The translations under genes and the position numbers were made by a program. A DNA stretch of 63,652 bases, the filler included, from Eubacteriales bacterium (GTDB taxonomy: Bacteria; Bacillota; Clostridia; Oscillospirales; CAG-382), in NCBI GenBank assembly GCA_045636665.1. It is 8 parts of 8 records of this genome, joined end to end, with 100 filler letters (N's around TTAATTAATTAA, not from the genome) between each part and the next. Parts side by side here need not be neighbours in the genome. Positions count along the whole stretch, not along the records: positions 25,743 to 39,522 come from JAZTXY010000004.1; 7 more parts are not named here. The stretch is one strand, 5' to 3'. A model generated the notes under the pieces. It saw nothing but the letters and a program-made list of their open reading frames with translations. It ran no database searches and was not told where the DNA came from. Shown here in pieces: positions 29,311 through 39,622 of this stretch. Every line of letters begins with the position of its first letter. Positions within the stretch are counted from its first letter, which is position 1.

Positions 29311-29589
29311 TTATTTGAACCAAACGTAAACGCAGAACAAAATAAACAGAAAGCCCACAAGTGCGAAAACGCCTGCAACCAACAGTGCCGCCGCGAAAAC
29401 TCCGCCCATCATTGCGCGTGTTTCCTGCTTTGTAAGAGGAACGTCATCAATCGCTCTTTCCTCTTTCGGCTTTTTTTTGCTTCCGAAAAGCGTTTTCTTT
29501 TCGGTATACCAAGGCATACCGTCGACGTTCATAGGAGAAATTACTCTTCCATCGTCATCGTCGTATTCTTTCTTATTTCGTTTACTCAT
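29311..29589 (-). CDS. Small hypothetical membrane protein, last gene of the opp operon
   Basis: GGAG RBS; DDDGRVISPMNVDGMPWY; hydrophobic C-terminus. Confidence 0.75.
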   Translation of the reverse strand: MSKRNKKEYDDDDGRVISPMNVDGMPWYTEKKTLFGSKKKPKEERAIDDVPLTKQETRAMMGGVFAAALLVAGVFALVGFLFILFCVYVWFK

Positions 29590-29607
29590 AATCGTTTACT
29601 CGTTCTC

Positions 29608-30720
29608 CTACTTGTCGTACAAATGGCAAGCAACAAAATGGCCGGGTTCGTATTCCTTGAATTCGGGAGCTTCGTTCTTGCAACGCTCGAAGCATTGAGC
29701 GCAACGAGTGTGGAACTTACAGCCCTTGGGGGGATTTGCAGGGCTGGGAAGGTCACCGTCAAGCACGATACGATTCATTTTCACATCGGGATCGGGAACG
29801 GGGATTGCAGAAAGGAGTGCCTTTGTGTAAGGATGCATCGGATTTTCGAACAAGTTGTCCTTCGATGCCTTTTCAACCATACTGCCGAGGTACATAACCG
29901 CAACCTCATCCGAGATGTGCTGAACAACCGAAAGGTCGTGGGAAATGAAGATATAGGTTAATCCTCTTTCCTTTTGGAGATCCTTCAAAAGGTTGATGAT
30001 CTGTGCCTGAATCGAAACGTCGAGTGCAGAAACCGGTTCGTCGCAAACGACAACCTTCGGCTTCATTGCAAGCGCACGCGCGATACAAATTCTTTGTCTT
30101 TGACCGCCCGAGAATTCGTGAGGATATCTGTCCTTATGATATTCCTGCAAGCCGCAGGATTTCATTACGGAGGATATATATTCGTCAAATTCTTCTTTGG
30201 GAACAATGTCGTGTTCTCTTACAGCCTCGCCGATGATTTCACCGATGGGAAGTCTGGGGCTAAGACTGGAATAAGGGTCTTGGAAAATGATTTGAATGTC
30301 AGGTCTGAGCTTGTTAAGCGCCTTGTTGCCCAAGCGGTTTATGTCAATACCGTTTTCCTCGAAATATGCGATAAGCGATTCCTTTGTAGAATTAACGGAA
30401 TTTTTCGCTTCCTTGGGCAAAGCCTTTGCAAGCTCTGCGGTAGTAAGCTTTTCAAGACTCAAGCCGCGATAAAGCACTTCGCCTTCGGTAATGGGGTAAA
30501 GACGGAGCATTGTTCTGCCCATAGTTGTCTTACCGCAACCCGATTCACCAACGACGCCGAGAGTTGTACCGGCTTTGATGGTAAACGAAACGTCGTCAAC
30601 CGCCTTAACGTTGCCAATGGTTTTCTTAAAGAAGCTTGATTTAATCGGGAAGTACTTTTTAAGTCCTTGTACCTCTACGATAGGCTTATCCATAGTATTG
30701 CCGAAAGTATTAGAGTTCAT
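29608..30720 (-). CDS. oppF: Oligopeptide ABC transporter ATP-binding protein OppF
   Basis: GESGCGKTT, YPHEFSGGQRQR, DEPVSALD, HPYT and Cys-rich GCKFHTRC tail. Confidence 0.9.
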   Translation of the reverse strand: MNSNTFGNTMDKPIVEVQGLKKYFPIKSSFFKKTIGNVKAVDDVSFTIKAGTTLGVVGESGCGKTTMGRTMLRLYPITEGEVLYRGLSLEKLTTAELAKALPKEAKNSVNSTKESLIAYFEENGIDINRLGNKALNKLRPDIQIIFQDPYSSLSPRLPIGEIIGEAVREHDIVPKEEFDEYISSVMKSCGLQEYHKDRYPHEFSGGQRQRICIARALAMKPKVVVCDEPVSALDVSIQAQIINLLKDLQKERGLTYIFISHDLSVVQHISDEVAVMYLGSMVEKASKDNLFENPMHPYTKALLSAIPVPDPDVKMNRIVLDGDLPSPANPPKGCKFHTRCAQCFERCKNEAPEFKEYEPGHFVACHLYDK

Positions 30721-31915
30721 TCAAAAGCACCTCCGGATCTACAGTCTTGGGATATTCCACAAATTCGCCCTCTTCACCACGGTAGCAAGAAACGTAGTGG
30801 GTATCGCTTACCTTGAACATAGGCGGATATCTGTCATCGCACTTTTCGGTGCAATAGTCGCAACGGTCCTTGAAATAGCAGTGGTTGGGCATATTAACGG
30901 GGTTAGGAACGCTACCGCGGATATTATAAAGAGCGTCAACCTTCTTGTTAATAGCAGGCTTACTCTTCATAAGACCGATGGTATAGGGATGGATCGGGTT
31001 GTGGAAGATATCTTCCTTGGTACCCTTTTCAACGATTCTGCCCGCATACATAACAACAACGTAGTCCGCCATATGAGCGATAACGCCGAGGTCGTGAGTA
31101 ATAAGCATAATCGAGCTGTTGATCTTGTCCTTCAATTCCTGAAGAAGATCGAGTATTTGCGCCTGAATGGTAACGTCAAGCGCGGTGGTAGGTTCGTCAG
31201 CAATAATAAGCTCGGGGTTGCAAACGAGCGCCATTGCGATCATAACACGCTGACGCATACCGCCCGAAAGCTCGTGAGGGAACATTTTGTATACGCCCTC
31301 TGCATTTGCAATACCGACCTGCTTAAGCATATCGATAGTCTTTTCCTTAACCTCTTCCTTGGTAAGGCCGGGGGTGTGAAGATTGATAACCTCATCGACC
31401 TGCATACCGATACGGAATACAGGGTTCAAGCTTGTCATCGGCTCTTGGAAGATCATCGAGATCTTGTTGCCGCGTATCTTCATCATTTCCGAGTTGGGAA
31501 CGTTTACAATATTATATGCCTTGCCGTCATCGTAATTGAAACGAATTTCGCCGCCGACAACCTGACCGACAGGTCTTTGGAGAAGCTGCATAACCGAAAG
31601 CGAGGTAACGCTCTTGCCGCAGCCCGATTCGCCAACGACGCCGACGGTGCTGTTTTTGGGAATGTCGAAGCTGATACCGTCAACCGCCTTTACAGTACCG
31701 ATATCGGTAAAGAAGAAGGTACAAACGTTATCGAATTCGAGAATGTTGTTTTTGTCGCGCATTTCGGTAGTATAGGTTTCGGGATTGACGTTATTAGCCG
31801 CTCTGCGCTTTTCAAGCTTTTTCGTAAGCTTTTTGTTGAAAGCGGAGATTCGGCGCGATTCTTTACTGCCGATATATGAGCTTTTCTTTTTGGTTTTTTC
31901 AGTTTGGTTACTCAT
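30710..31915 (-). CDS. oppD: Oligopeptide ABC transporter ATP-binding protein OppD
   Basis: GESGCGKS, FQEPMTSLNP, FPHELSGGMRQR and DEPTTALD. Confidence 0.92.
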   Translation of the reverse strand: MSNQTEKTKKKSSYIGSKESRRISAFNKKLTKKLEKRRAANNVNPETYTTEMRDKNNILEFDNVCTFFFTDIGTVKAVDGISFDIPKNSTVGVVGESGCGKSVTSLSVMQLLQRPVGQVVGGEIRFNYDDGKAYNIVNVPNSEMMKIRGNKISMIFQEPMTSLNPVFRIGMQVDEVINLHTPGLTKEEVKEKTIDMLKQVGIANAEGVYKMFPHELSGGMRQRVMIAMALVCNPELIIADEPTTALDVTIQAQILDLLQELKDKINSSIMLITHDLGVIAHMADYVVVMYAGRIVEKGTKEDIFHNPIHPYTIGLMKSKPAINKKVDALYNIRGSVPNPVNMPNHCYFKDRCDYCTEKCDDRYPPMFKVSDTHYVSCYRGEEGEFVEYPKTVDPEVLLNEL

Positions 31916-31927
31916 TTTCCGCCTCCT

Positions 31928-33844
31928 TTAACGTTTCATCTTCGGGTCGAACGCATCTCTCAAGCCGTCGCCCACAAAGTTAAAGGCAATAACCGCCAAG
32001 CAGATAAGGCATCCGATAGGAACCCAAATATATGCGTATGCGGTAAGATATTCTACCTTTTGAGTGATGTTGTTCATCATATTACCCCAGGTTGCAAGCG
32101 GGTGCTTAACGCCGAGACCGAGGAAGGAAAGGGTAGATTCGGTAATAATAACCGAGCCAAGACCCATTGTAGCCTGAACGATAAGCTGGGGCATTACGTT
32201 GGGAACGAGGTGACGGAAGATACGACGTCTTGTGCTCAAGCCCGAAGCTTCTGCCGCAACCATAAATTCCTGTTCGCGGAGCGAAAGGATCTGACCTCTG
32301 ACCATTCTGGCAACGCCTGCCCAGCCGAGGAAGCCGAGTATCGCCATCATCCAGACAAGTCTTGTTTTATAGTCCATATCAAGGGCGTCAAAGAGCGAAC
32401 CGGTTATGATAAGGATAGGCATCGAAGGAATACAATAGAATACGTCTACCGTACGCATTATGATATTGTCTATCCAACCGCCGAAATAACCTGCAATACC
32501 GCCCATAATTACGCCGATAAGCATTTCGATGAACACGACGACGAAGCCGACGAGCAACGAAATTCTACCACCGTACATAATTCTTGCCAATACGTCCATA
32601 CCGTTTGCATCGGTACCGAGAATATGCTCGGAGCTGGGCGATTGATAAATCTGAATTATGTAAATGCTACGGGTGCACCAAACGGTATAGTCGTTTTGTT
32701 CTCTCTTAACGACAAACTCGGTATCTTCCAAAACGGGATTGCCGTTTTCGTCCTTAACGACCTTACCCTCTTCAACCTTGGGAGCAAGTGCGTTGAACGA
32801 AACCTCTGTGCCGACGCTCGAGGAGCTGTCGACCATTTGCATAACGGTTTGTTCGAGCTCAAGCAAGAACTCGATATTGAGCGCGGTAACGGTATCGCTG
32901 CTCGAAGCGGTAAAGGGAGAAAGGAAAGCAAAATCTTTATCGTTTTTGGTAAGGATAACAGTGCCTTCATCATCCTTTACGCCGAATTTTTCGTTATTAT
33001 AGGTAAATTCGGTCGCGCCGGTAAATACCGAAATATAAGCGAAATATTTGAATTCGCTGTCCTTGTTGTAAATGTCGTAATCGCCGGTGCTATAGAAGGT
33101 GGGAGTGTCAACGGTCGAAACGAAATAATATTTTGTTTCGCGGCTGTCTGCGGTATCGCAATAGATATCATAATCGAGCTTACTGCCTTTTTTATCCTTT
33201 ACGATATCGTATTTTTTGCCGTTGAACTCAAAGCTTCCGCTTTTGATAGCGGCAGCCGCAGCAGCAGAAAATTCTTCACCGAGGTCTTCAAAGCCTTCGC
33301 GGAAGGTTGCAACACCCTTAAGCGAATTACCGAAGAAATCGGCAACCACCACATAAGTACTGTCCTTGAGCGCATAAGCTTCATCGGTAAGCTTTACAAG
33401 AGTGTAAAAAGCGCCGCTGTCGGATTCGATATTATAGCTGTTTTTGTCAGCCTCGTTTTCGGAGGCAAGCATTTTTTTGATTGTACTGTTTACGTTACGT
33501 TCAACGTAGCTTAAGGATTTTTGGGTTTCTTGATCAATTTCGGGATTCCAATAGTTAACGAATTCGGAACGGATCTGCGCGTTAGCATAGTCGTCGTTCT
33601 GTTCGCTCCAGTGATAGAAGGTTTGATCTTCAACGTACGGATAGAAAAGCGGTCCGACAAAGCAGAAAAGGAACAATGCAACAAGCACGCAGGTGCCGAA
33701 TATTGCAAGCTTGTTTCTGATAAAACGCTTGAATACCAAGCGCGAAGGGCTTAATACCTTAACGCGCGCCGCATCGTCAAGCGCCATTTTGGGCTCTTGT
33801 TGGGACTTTTCGTTAAGATTTTCGTCCTGTTTCTTGTTACTCAC
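31928..33844 (-). CDS. oppC: Oligopeptide ABC transporter permease OppC with a large extracellular insertion
   Basis: KRFIRNKLA, HILGTDANGMD, ARMVRGQILSLRE and GDGLRDAFDP. Confidence 0.9.
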   Translation of the reverse strand: MSNKKQDENLNEKSQQEPKMALDDAARVKVLSPSRLVFKRFIRNKLAIFGTCVLVALFLFCFVGPLFYPYVEDQTFYHWSEQNDDYANAQIRSEFVNYWNPEIDQETQKSLSYVERNVNSTIKKMLASENEADKNSYNIESDSGAFYTLVKLTDEAYALKDSTYVVVADFFGNSLKGVATFREGFEDLGEEFSAAAAAAIKSGSFEFNGKKYDIVKDKKGSKLDYDIYCDTADSRETKYYFVSTVDTPTFYSTGDYDIYNKDSEFKYFAYISVFTGATEFTYNNEKFGVKDDEGTVILTKNDKDFAFLSPFTASSSDTVTALNIEFLLELEQTVMQMVDSSSSVGTEVSFNALAPKVEEGKVVKDENGNPVLEDTEFVVKREQNDYTVWCTRSIYIIQIYQSPSSEHILGTDANGMDVLARIMYGGRISLLVGFVVVFIEMLIGVIMGGIAGYFGGWIDNIIMRTVDVFYCIPSMPILIITGSLFDALDMDYKTRLVWMMAILGFLGWAGVARMVRGQILSLREQEFMVAAEASGLSTRRRIFRHLVPNVMPQLIVQATMGLGSVIITESTLSFLGLGVKHPLATWGNMMNNITQKVEYLTAYAYIWVPIGCLICLAVIAFNFVGDGLRDAFDPKMKR

Positions 33845-33858
33845 GTTGCGGCACCTCC

Positions 33859-34848
33859 TTAATTAAGTCTTACGCGCGGGTCAACAACAGCGTAGAGAAT
33901 ATCGGACATCAAAGTGCCCATAAGAATAAGTATCGACGAGAACGCCAGATAGAACATTGTAAACGGAATATCGCCGTTAACCATAGAGTGATAGGAAACG
34001 TAACCGATACCTCTGATGTCAAACAGTGTTTCGGTAATAAGCGCACCCGAGAAAAGTCCGGGGAGCGAGCCACCGACAATAGTTACGATAGGTATAAGTG
34101 TATTTCTGAAAGCATGGTAACCGATAACGCGTTTTTCAGAAAGACCCTTTGCTCTTGCTGTTCTGATATAGTCTGCATTAAGAACTTCAAGAGTATTGGT
34201 ACGGGTATAACGCATAAGGCCACCGATACCGATAATTGTCAAAGTTATAACGGGCAATACCATGTGATGACAGGTGTCGAGAAACTGACCGAAAGCATCA
34301 AGCTGGAGGTAATCTCTGCCCTGCATACCGCCGATATCAAACCAATTAAGTTTCGCGGCAAATACCAATTTCAAAAGCGAAGCAAGGAAGAAGGTGGGCA
34401 TCGAAATACCTATCAATGCAACGACCGATATGGTATAGTCGGCAACACCGTACTGCTTCTTGGCGGCAAGTATACCTAACGGTATAGCTATTGCCGTCTC
34501 CAATACAAACGCAATTAAGCTCAGCACAAAGCTGTACCATATAACGTCTTGGAATTTATCGACAACCGGAACCGTCCAGTTCCAGCTTTCTCCGAAATCA
34601 CCTTGTACAGCATTTCCAAGCCAAGTAACATAGCCCTCAACAAGGCCTTTATCCATACCCAGATTTGCTTCCATTTCGGTAACCCATTGGTCATAGCTCT
34701 TTTGGGTGCCGGGCTGCTGAGAAAGCAAACGGGCTTGCTTTTCAATATAACCCGAAGGCAAGCTTGCCATAAGGGTATATATAACGAACATTACGATAAA
34801 CAGTATCAGCGCGCAATAAAGCAGACGCTTGATAATGAATTTAAACAT
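33859..34848 (-). CDS. oppB: Oligopeptide ABC transporter permease OppB
   Basis: GDFGES, DYIRTARAKGL and YAVVDPRVR. Confidence 0.93.
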   Translation of the reverse strand: MFKFIIKRLLYCALILFIVMFVIYTLMASLPSGYIEKQARLLSQQPGTQKSYDQWVTEMEANLGMDKGLVEGYVTWLGNAVQGDFGESWNWTVPVVDKFQDVIWYSFVLSLIAFVLETAIAIPLGILAAKKQYGVADYTISVVALIGISMPTFFLASLLKLVFAAKLNWFDIGGMQGRDYLQLDAFGQFLDTCHHMVLPVITLTIIGIGGLMRYTRTNTLEVLNADYIRTARAKGLSEKRVIGYHAFRNTLIPIVTIVGGSLPGLFSGALITETLFDIRGIGYVSYHSMVNGDIPFTMFYLAFSSILILMGTLMSDILYAVVDPRVRLN

Positions 34849-34893
34849 AAAATTTCACCGTCCTAAAAAGAAATGAGCGGTTGCTAATACTCA

Positions 34894-34924
34894 GTAAGAG
34901 TCTGCGGAATCCGCAGACTCTTAC
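34894..34924. repeat. Perfect 15-bp inverted repeat between oppA and oppB
   Basis: GTAAGAGTCTGCGGA-A-TCCGCAGACTCTTAC. Confidence 0.85.
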
Positions 34925-34967
34925 CAATAATCAATAATTTAAACTAATTAGATAACCGATTCTGCTA

Positions 34968-37343
34968 TTAGTTCATTTCGAGGAGTTCGATATCGTTCAT
35001 CCAGCCCCAGAAAGTGGTGATGTCGGGAGTCATGGTCGATACCTTAACTGCTTCGGTAGATGCGATAACTGCGTTCTGTCTCTGGTAGGTAGGAATTTCT
35101 ACGCCCCAGTCAAGGATGATTTCGAGACATTCCTTGTAGGTTGCTTTTCTGAACGCTTGGTCTTCGCTGGAACGAGCTTCAATGATAAGGTCGTCGAGTT
35201 CTTTGCTGGTGATGCCGTAGTGGTTAGAGCCGGTAGAGCCTTCGAGGCCTACGATGTTAGAGCTGTGGTATACCTGATACATATCAGGGTCGATGGTTGC
35301 GCCCCAAGCTGCTGCCCAGATTTCGCATTCGCCTGCGTCAAGAGAATCCCAAAGAACGTTGGAGTCAGAGGGGTCAGTAATCTTGAGCTCGATGCCAACT
35401 GTTTCGAGAGCTTCCTGAGCGTTGGTGAATACGTTGTAAACGGGGTGGTCACCAATACCGTCTGCGGGGATAATTACTTCGTAGGAGAGCTTTGCTCCTT
35501 CGGGAGCTGCAGTGAACTTGCTGCCGTCGAAGGTGAAGCCTGCTGCCTTAAGGAATTCAACTGCTGCTGCGAGAGCTGCATCGAACTTTTCAACTTCGGT
35601 CATGTTAGCAGAATAGATATCCTTGCCGTCAACGCCCTTAGAGTATGCGATCGAGTAGCCTTCGTCAGCGGGCTTGGGAGCTGCCCAAGAGGTGTTGGAG
35701 ATCGGGTAGTTGATAACCGATGCTCTGTCGCCGTAGTAGGAGTTTACAGCGCTTTCTCTGTAAACGGAGAAGAGGGTTGCAAATGCTTTTCTGAGGTTCT
35801 TGGAAGCTTCGGATTCCTTGTCGTCGCCAACCTTAACGGTGTTAGCGCAGATACCGATGTAGCCGTAGCCAAGGTTGTCAACGGTGTAAGTGGTGATCTT
35901 GTTACCGGAAAGTTCGCCGCCGTTAGCTTCCTTGATAGCGTCTACGGTAGGAGTATCGAAGTTGGGGTCGGTAATATCGAAGGTGCCAGCCTGTACGCCT
36001 GCAAACTTGTTACCTGCGTCGGTTTCTTGGAAGTTGATGTACTTGATCTTGGGGCAGCCCTTGAAGTAATATTCGTTACGTTCAAAGTTAACTACGCCGT
36101 TTTCATACTTAACGAACTTGTATGCGCCTGCGCCGAGGGGCTGAGTGGTCTTATCCTTAACGCCGGAAAGGTCGCCCTTGGTGAAGCCGAACTTGTTTTC
36201 GCTGTACTTGTAAGCATCTCTGCTGCCGTAGTAGTGGAGAGGAGCAACGGTGAGACCGAGCTGGTAAATAGCAACAGCGTCGAACTCGGTAAGGGTAACC
36301 TTGAGCGAGTACATACCGGTCTTTTCGATACCGCTGATGTTAGCTGCGGAATCGCCGGTAACTACGCCTGCTGCGTATTCATTTGCCTTGTCGCCAAGCT
36401 TTTCATTGAGGATTTGGCTGAAAGGAACGTTGAATACTTCCTTGTTGATACCTTCATCAGAGATATCGTAGCCATAGTTTTCCTTCATAGCTGCCCAGAA
36501 GTCTGCTTCGGTAGTGATACCTGCGTAGCCCCAGAGCTCTGCTGCGCCTGCATAATCGGAAACGCCGTATGCTGCGCCGTAAACGGTGATGATGTCATCG
36601 AGAATGCCCTTAGCAAATTCAAGACCTGCTGCTTCGAAAGCGGTCCAGAAGTAGGAAGCCTGATCAGCGGTGTACAATTCGCTGGTCTTGTCGGGGCCGT
36701 CAGCGAGGATGAGCTTCATAAGAGAAGACATACCGCTTCTGTATTCTTCCATACCCTTGATAGGAACAGCGTAGAAGGTGCTGGAGCCATCATAGGTGGG
36801 GTCGGAGAGAACGTACATCGAGAAGATTACGTCGTCAGCGGTAAGGTTAACTCCGTCAGAGAAGAAAACGTCTTCGCGGAGCTTGAAGTCGTAAACGAGA
36901 GTGCCGTCATCATTCTTGGTGATGGTGCAGTCTGCGATACCGGTATAGAGATATTCTTTACCGTTGAAGGTGTTCTTTTCGCCTTCGATACCCTTAAGGA
37001 TAACGTTACCTTCGCGGTCGGTGGTAAGAAGACCAACCTGAGTCATACCTGCTGCATCTTGGTCGTATGCAGTGGTAGCGAAGAAGGGGCTGAACTTTTC
37101 AGAGAAGGCATCGTAGCCTACTACGAGAGTTTCGCCGCCGTTGTAATCGGGGATCGAGGGAGCGGGAGCCTTTTTGTCGCTTACAGCGTCCAAATCAGCG
37201 CCGGTTTGTTCGTTGGTGCTGGTTTCGCCTGCAGTGCTGCTTTCGGTCGCAGAGGACTCGTCAGCAGGTTCGCTACAAGCAACAACAGAGATAGCCATTA
37301 CTAAAACGAGAAGCAATGCTAACAATCTGATGCTGTTTTTCAT
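34968..37343 (-). CDS. oppA: Oligopeptide ABC substrate-binding lipoprotein (SBP family 5)
   Basis: Lipobox VVAC; KFSPFF, FSDGVNLTADDVIFS, PLGAGAYKF and IPTYQR. Confidence 0.9.
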   Translation of the reverse strand: MKNSIRLLALLLVLVMAISVVACSEPADESSATESSTAGETSTNEQTGADLDAVSDKKAPAPSIPDYNGGETLVVGYDAFSEKFSPFFATTAYDQDAAGMTQVGLLTTDREGNVILKGIEGEKNTFNGKEYLYTGIADCTITKNDDGTLVYDFKLREDVFFSDGVNLTADDVIFSMYVLSDPTYDGSSTFYAVPIKGMEEYRSGMSSLMKLILADGPDKTSELYTADQASYFWTAFEAAGLEFAKGILDDIITVYGAAYGVSDYAGAAELWGYAGITTEADFWAAMKENYGYDISDEGINKEVFNVPFSQILNEKLGDKANEYAAGVVTGDSAANISGIEKTGMYSLKVTLTEFDAVAIYQLGLTVAPLHYYGSRDAYKYSENKFGFTKGDLSGVKDKTTQPLGAGAYKFVKYENGVVNFERNEYYFKGCPKIKYINFQETDAGNKFAGVQAGTFDITDPNFDTPTVDAIKEANGGELSGNKITTYTVDNLGYGYIGICANTVKVGDDKESEASKNLRKAFATLFSVYRESAVNSYYGDRASVINYPISNTSWAAPKPADEGYSIAYSKGVDGKDIYSANMTEVEKFDAALAAAVEFLKAAGFTFDGSKFTAAPEGAKLSYEVIIPADGIGDHPVYNVFTNAQEALETVGIELKITDPSDSNVLWDSLDAGECEIWAAAWGATIDPDMYQVYHSSNIVGLEGSTGSNHYGITSKELDDLIIEARSSEDQAFRKATYKECLEIILDWGVEIPTYQRQNAVIASTEAVKVSTMTPDITTFWGWMNDIELLEMN

Positions 37344-37407
37344 GGTAATTTCCTCCTGAAAAAAATTGTTTTAATATTTTTAATGCGTCTTGCGCAAATA
37401 AAAATCC

Positions 37408-37956
37408 TTAATCGGTTTCTTTCCTTTGGCATTCCTCGGTCGCAACAAGCTTGCGATTCGCAAAAACGAACCATGCCGAAGCCGAGCCGAGCGCCAAAAG
37501 TATTAACGATATTATATCGAGCGCGGAAAAAGTAAATATTATGCAATAAACCGTACGCGAAACCGCGCTTGCCGCAAGCAAACTTCCCGTCGCAACCGAG
37601 TTGACGGTTATCCTGCCCTCGGTCTTATCGCGGAATTCCCTTATCAGCGGAGCCTTTTTGATATACAGATTCGCAACGCCCATCAGCAAATGAACCAACG
37701 GAAAAAACGACACAACGTGCGGAACCGTGACATAAAGCTGATGCGTCGATTCGGTATTAAACAAAAGCGGAACGATACAGCAAACCAACGCGAATGCCGA
37801 AAGCGCCGAAAAAACAAGGCGTGTTTTCTTTAATTGCGCGTCATCCGCGGTAAATTTAAAGTATTTACCGATATAAGTTGCCGTAACTCCGGGTTTTCCG
37901 TTAGGTTTTATTATAAAATCCTTGCGGTAGTCCTTAATGTATTTTTTATAACCCAT
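37408..37956 (-). CDS. Hypothetical membrane protein (about 4 TM helices)
   Basis: 182-aa ORF with four hydrophobic segments; consensus promoter upstream. Confidence 0.72.
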   Translation of the reverse strand: MGYKKYIKDYRKDFIIKPNGKPGVTATYIGKYFKFTADDAQLKKTRLVFSALSAFALVCCIVPLLFNTESTHQLYVTVPHVVSFFPLVHLLMGVANLYIKKAPLIREFRDKTEGRITVNSVATGSLLAASAVSRTVYCIIFTFSALDIISLILLALGSASAWFVFANRKLVATEECQRKETD

Positions 37957-38090
37957 CGTTCACCAGTACAATCATCCGTTTCCGCCATTTCAACAACGCC
38001 GAGCCGCGTTTTTTAAGCGTTAAGCAAACATTTTACAGTCCAAGCTAAAAACGGACATAAAAAACCATACTACTATATCATAATGACAAC

Positions 38091-38119
38091 ATTATACCGA
38101 ATTCTGTTTGCTTTGTCAA
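38091..38119 (-). promoter_or_regulatory. Consensus sigma-A promoter
   Basis: TTGACA-N17-TATAAT on the minus strand. Confidence 0.8.
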
Positions 38120-38205
38120 TACAAAAAACCTCAAATTCGGTTATTTGTGAAATTTTTCATATCTCTCCACTCTGACCATTATATTCGAAATGACCAACGA
38201 ATGAC

Positions 38206-38236
38206 AAAAAAGCACCGCCTAAGCAGTGCTTTTTTT
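38206..38236 (-). terminator. Terminator after pfp
   Basis: AAAAAAGCAC...GTGCTTTTTT. Confidence 0.7.
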
Positions 38237-38245
38237 GAAGCGTAA

Positions 38246-39522
38246 TTATTTGCCTTGCTCGAGAGCCAAGGTAACGGTGGTTGCATGGCAAACCTCGGTC
38301 GGGCCAAAGTACTGAATAGCGCGGGGGTAAACGAAGCAGGTGTTTTCTGCCCATTCAGCGCGGTTTTCAGCGAAGAACTTAAAGGGAGCGCCGTCCAATT
38401 CAACAAGAGCCTTGCGGATAACGGGCTTGTCCTTACCGTGTCTTCTTTCGATGTTCATCATCTTGGTCATAGGCATACCGCCTGCAACCCATTCTTCAGC
38501 AGGATTGCTGAGGTTGGAAACCTTGGAAAGGTAGCCGGTATAGCCGTATTGGATAAGCATAAATGCGTTGTAACCGAGCGAGTAGCAGTAGTCAGCATCG
38601 AAGTTCGAGGGGAATGCGCAACGTCCTTCGTAACCGAGGAAGTGGTGGAGTGCCGAGAACTTGCCGTTATAGGTGCCTGCCGCCTTGCGTGCCTTGAGAT
38701 TGTCGGCAACGAGTGCAGAGAAGAGCTTTTCGGATTCGATAAGCGAAACCTGAACGTTACCGTGGGGATCGCGTTCGAGGAAGAGCTGTTGTTGGATAGA
38801 CTGAGGAAGAATTGCAAACACTGCCATCGATTCCTTGGTAAGACCGGCTTCGATGAACGCATATTTAGCATCCCAAGTGGGAAGCGCGTTGAAAGCTTCG
38901 GTCTTTTCGCCTGCGAGAAGCTCGTTGATTTCGGCAATGAGAACCGAGAATTCGGGAACGAATTCAACGATACCTTCGGGGATGATTGCAACACCGAAGT
39001 TCCAGCCCTTTGCTGCACGGGTAGCAACAGAATCAGCGATATAATCAGCGATTTCAGCCATAGACATCTTCTTAGCGGCAACTTCTTCGCCTACCAAGCA
39101 GATGTTGGGACGGGTTTGGAGCGCACATTCAAGAGCAACGTGAGAAGCGGAACGGCCCATAACCTTAACAAAGTGCCAATATTTCTTAGCGGAGTTAGCG
39201 TCACGCTCGATGTTACCAATGATTTCGCTGTAAGTCTTGGTTGCGGTATCGAAGCCGAAGGAGCATTCGATATCTTCGTTCTTGAGGTCGCCGTCGATGG
39301 TCTTGGGACAGCCGATAACCTGGACGCCTGCATTGTTAGCTGCGAAGTATTCAGCCAAAACAGCCGCGTTGGTGTTGGAGGCGTCGCCGCCGATGATTAC
39401 GATTGCGTTGATGCCGTGCTTCTTGCAAACTTCTGCAACAACAGCAAACTGTTCCTCGGTTTCGAGTTTGGTTCTCCCGGAGCCGATGATATCGAATCCA
39501 CCGGTGTTTCTGTACTGGTTGA
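38246..39522 (-). CDS. pfp: Diphosphate--fructose-6-phosphate 1-phosphotransferase (long-clade PFK), 5' truncated
   Basis: Frame open to the contig end: [50 protein letters not shown] and GYEGR. Confidence 0.92.
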
Positions 39523-39622
39523 NNNNNNNNNNNNNNNNNNNNNNNNNNNNNNNNNNNNNNNNNNNNTTAATTAATTAANNNNNNNNNNNNNNNNNNNNNN
39601 NNNNNNNNNNNNNNNNNNNNNN
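39523..39622. other. Artificial contig linker
   Basis: N44-TTAATTAATTAA-N44. Confidence 0.98.

Noticed and set aside
35157..37304. 715-aa ORF antisense to oppA
   Set aside because: It is the same antisense codon-bias effect.
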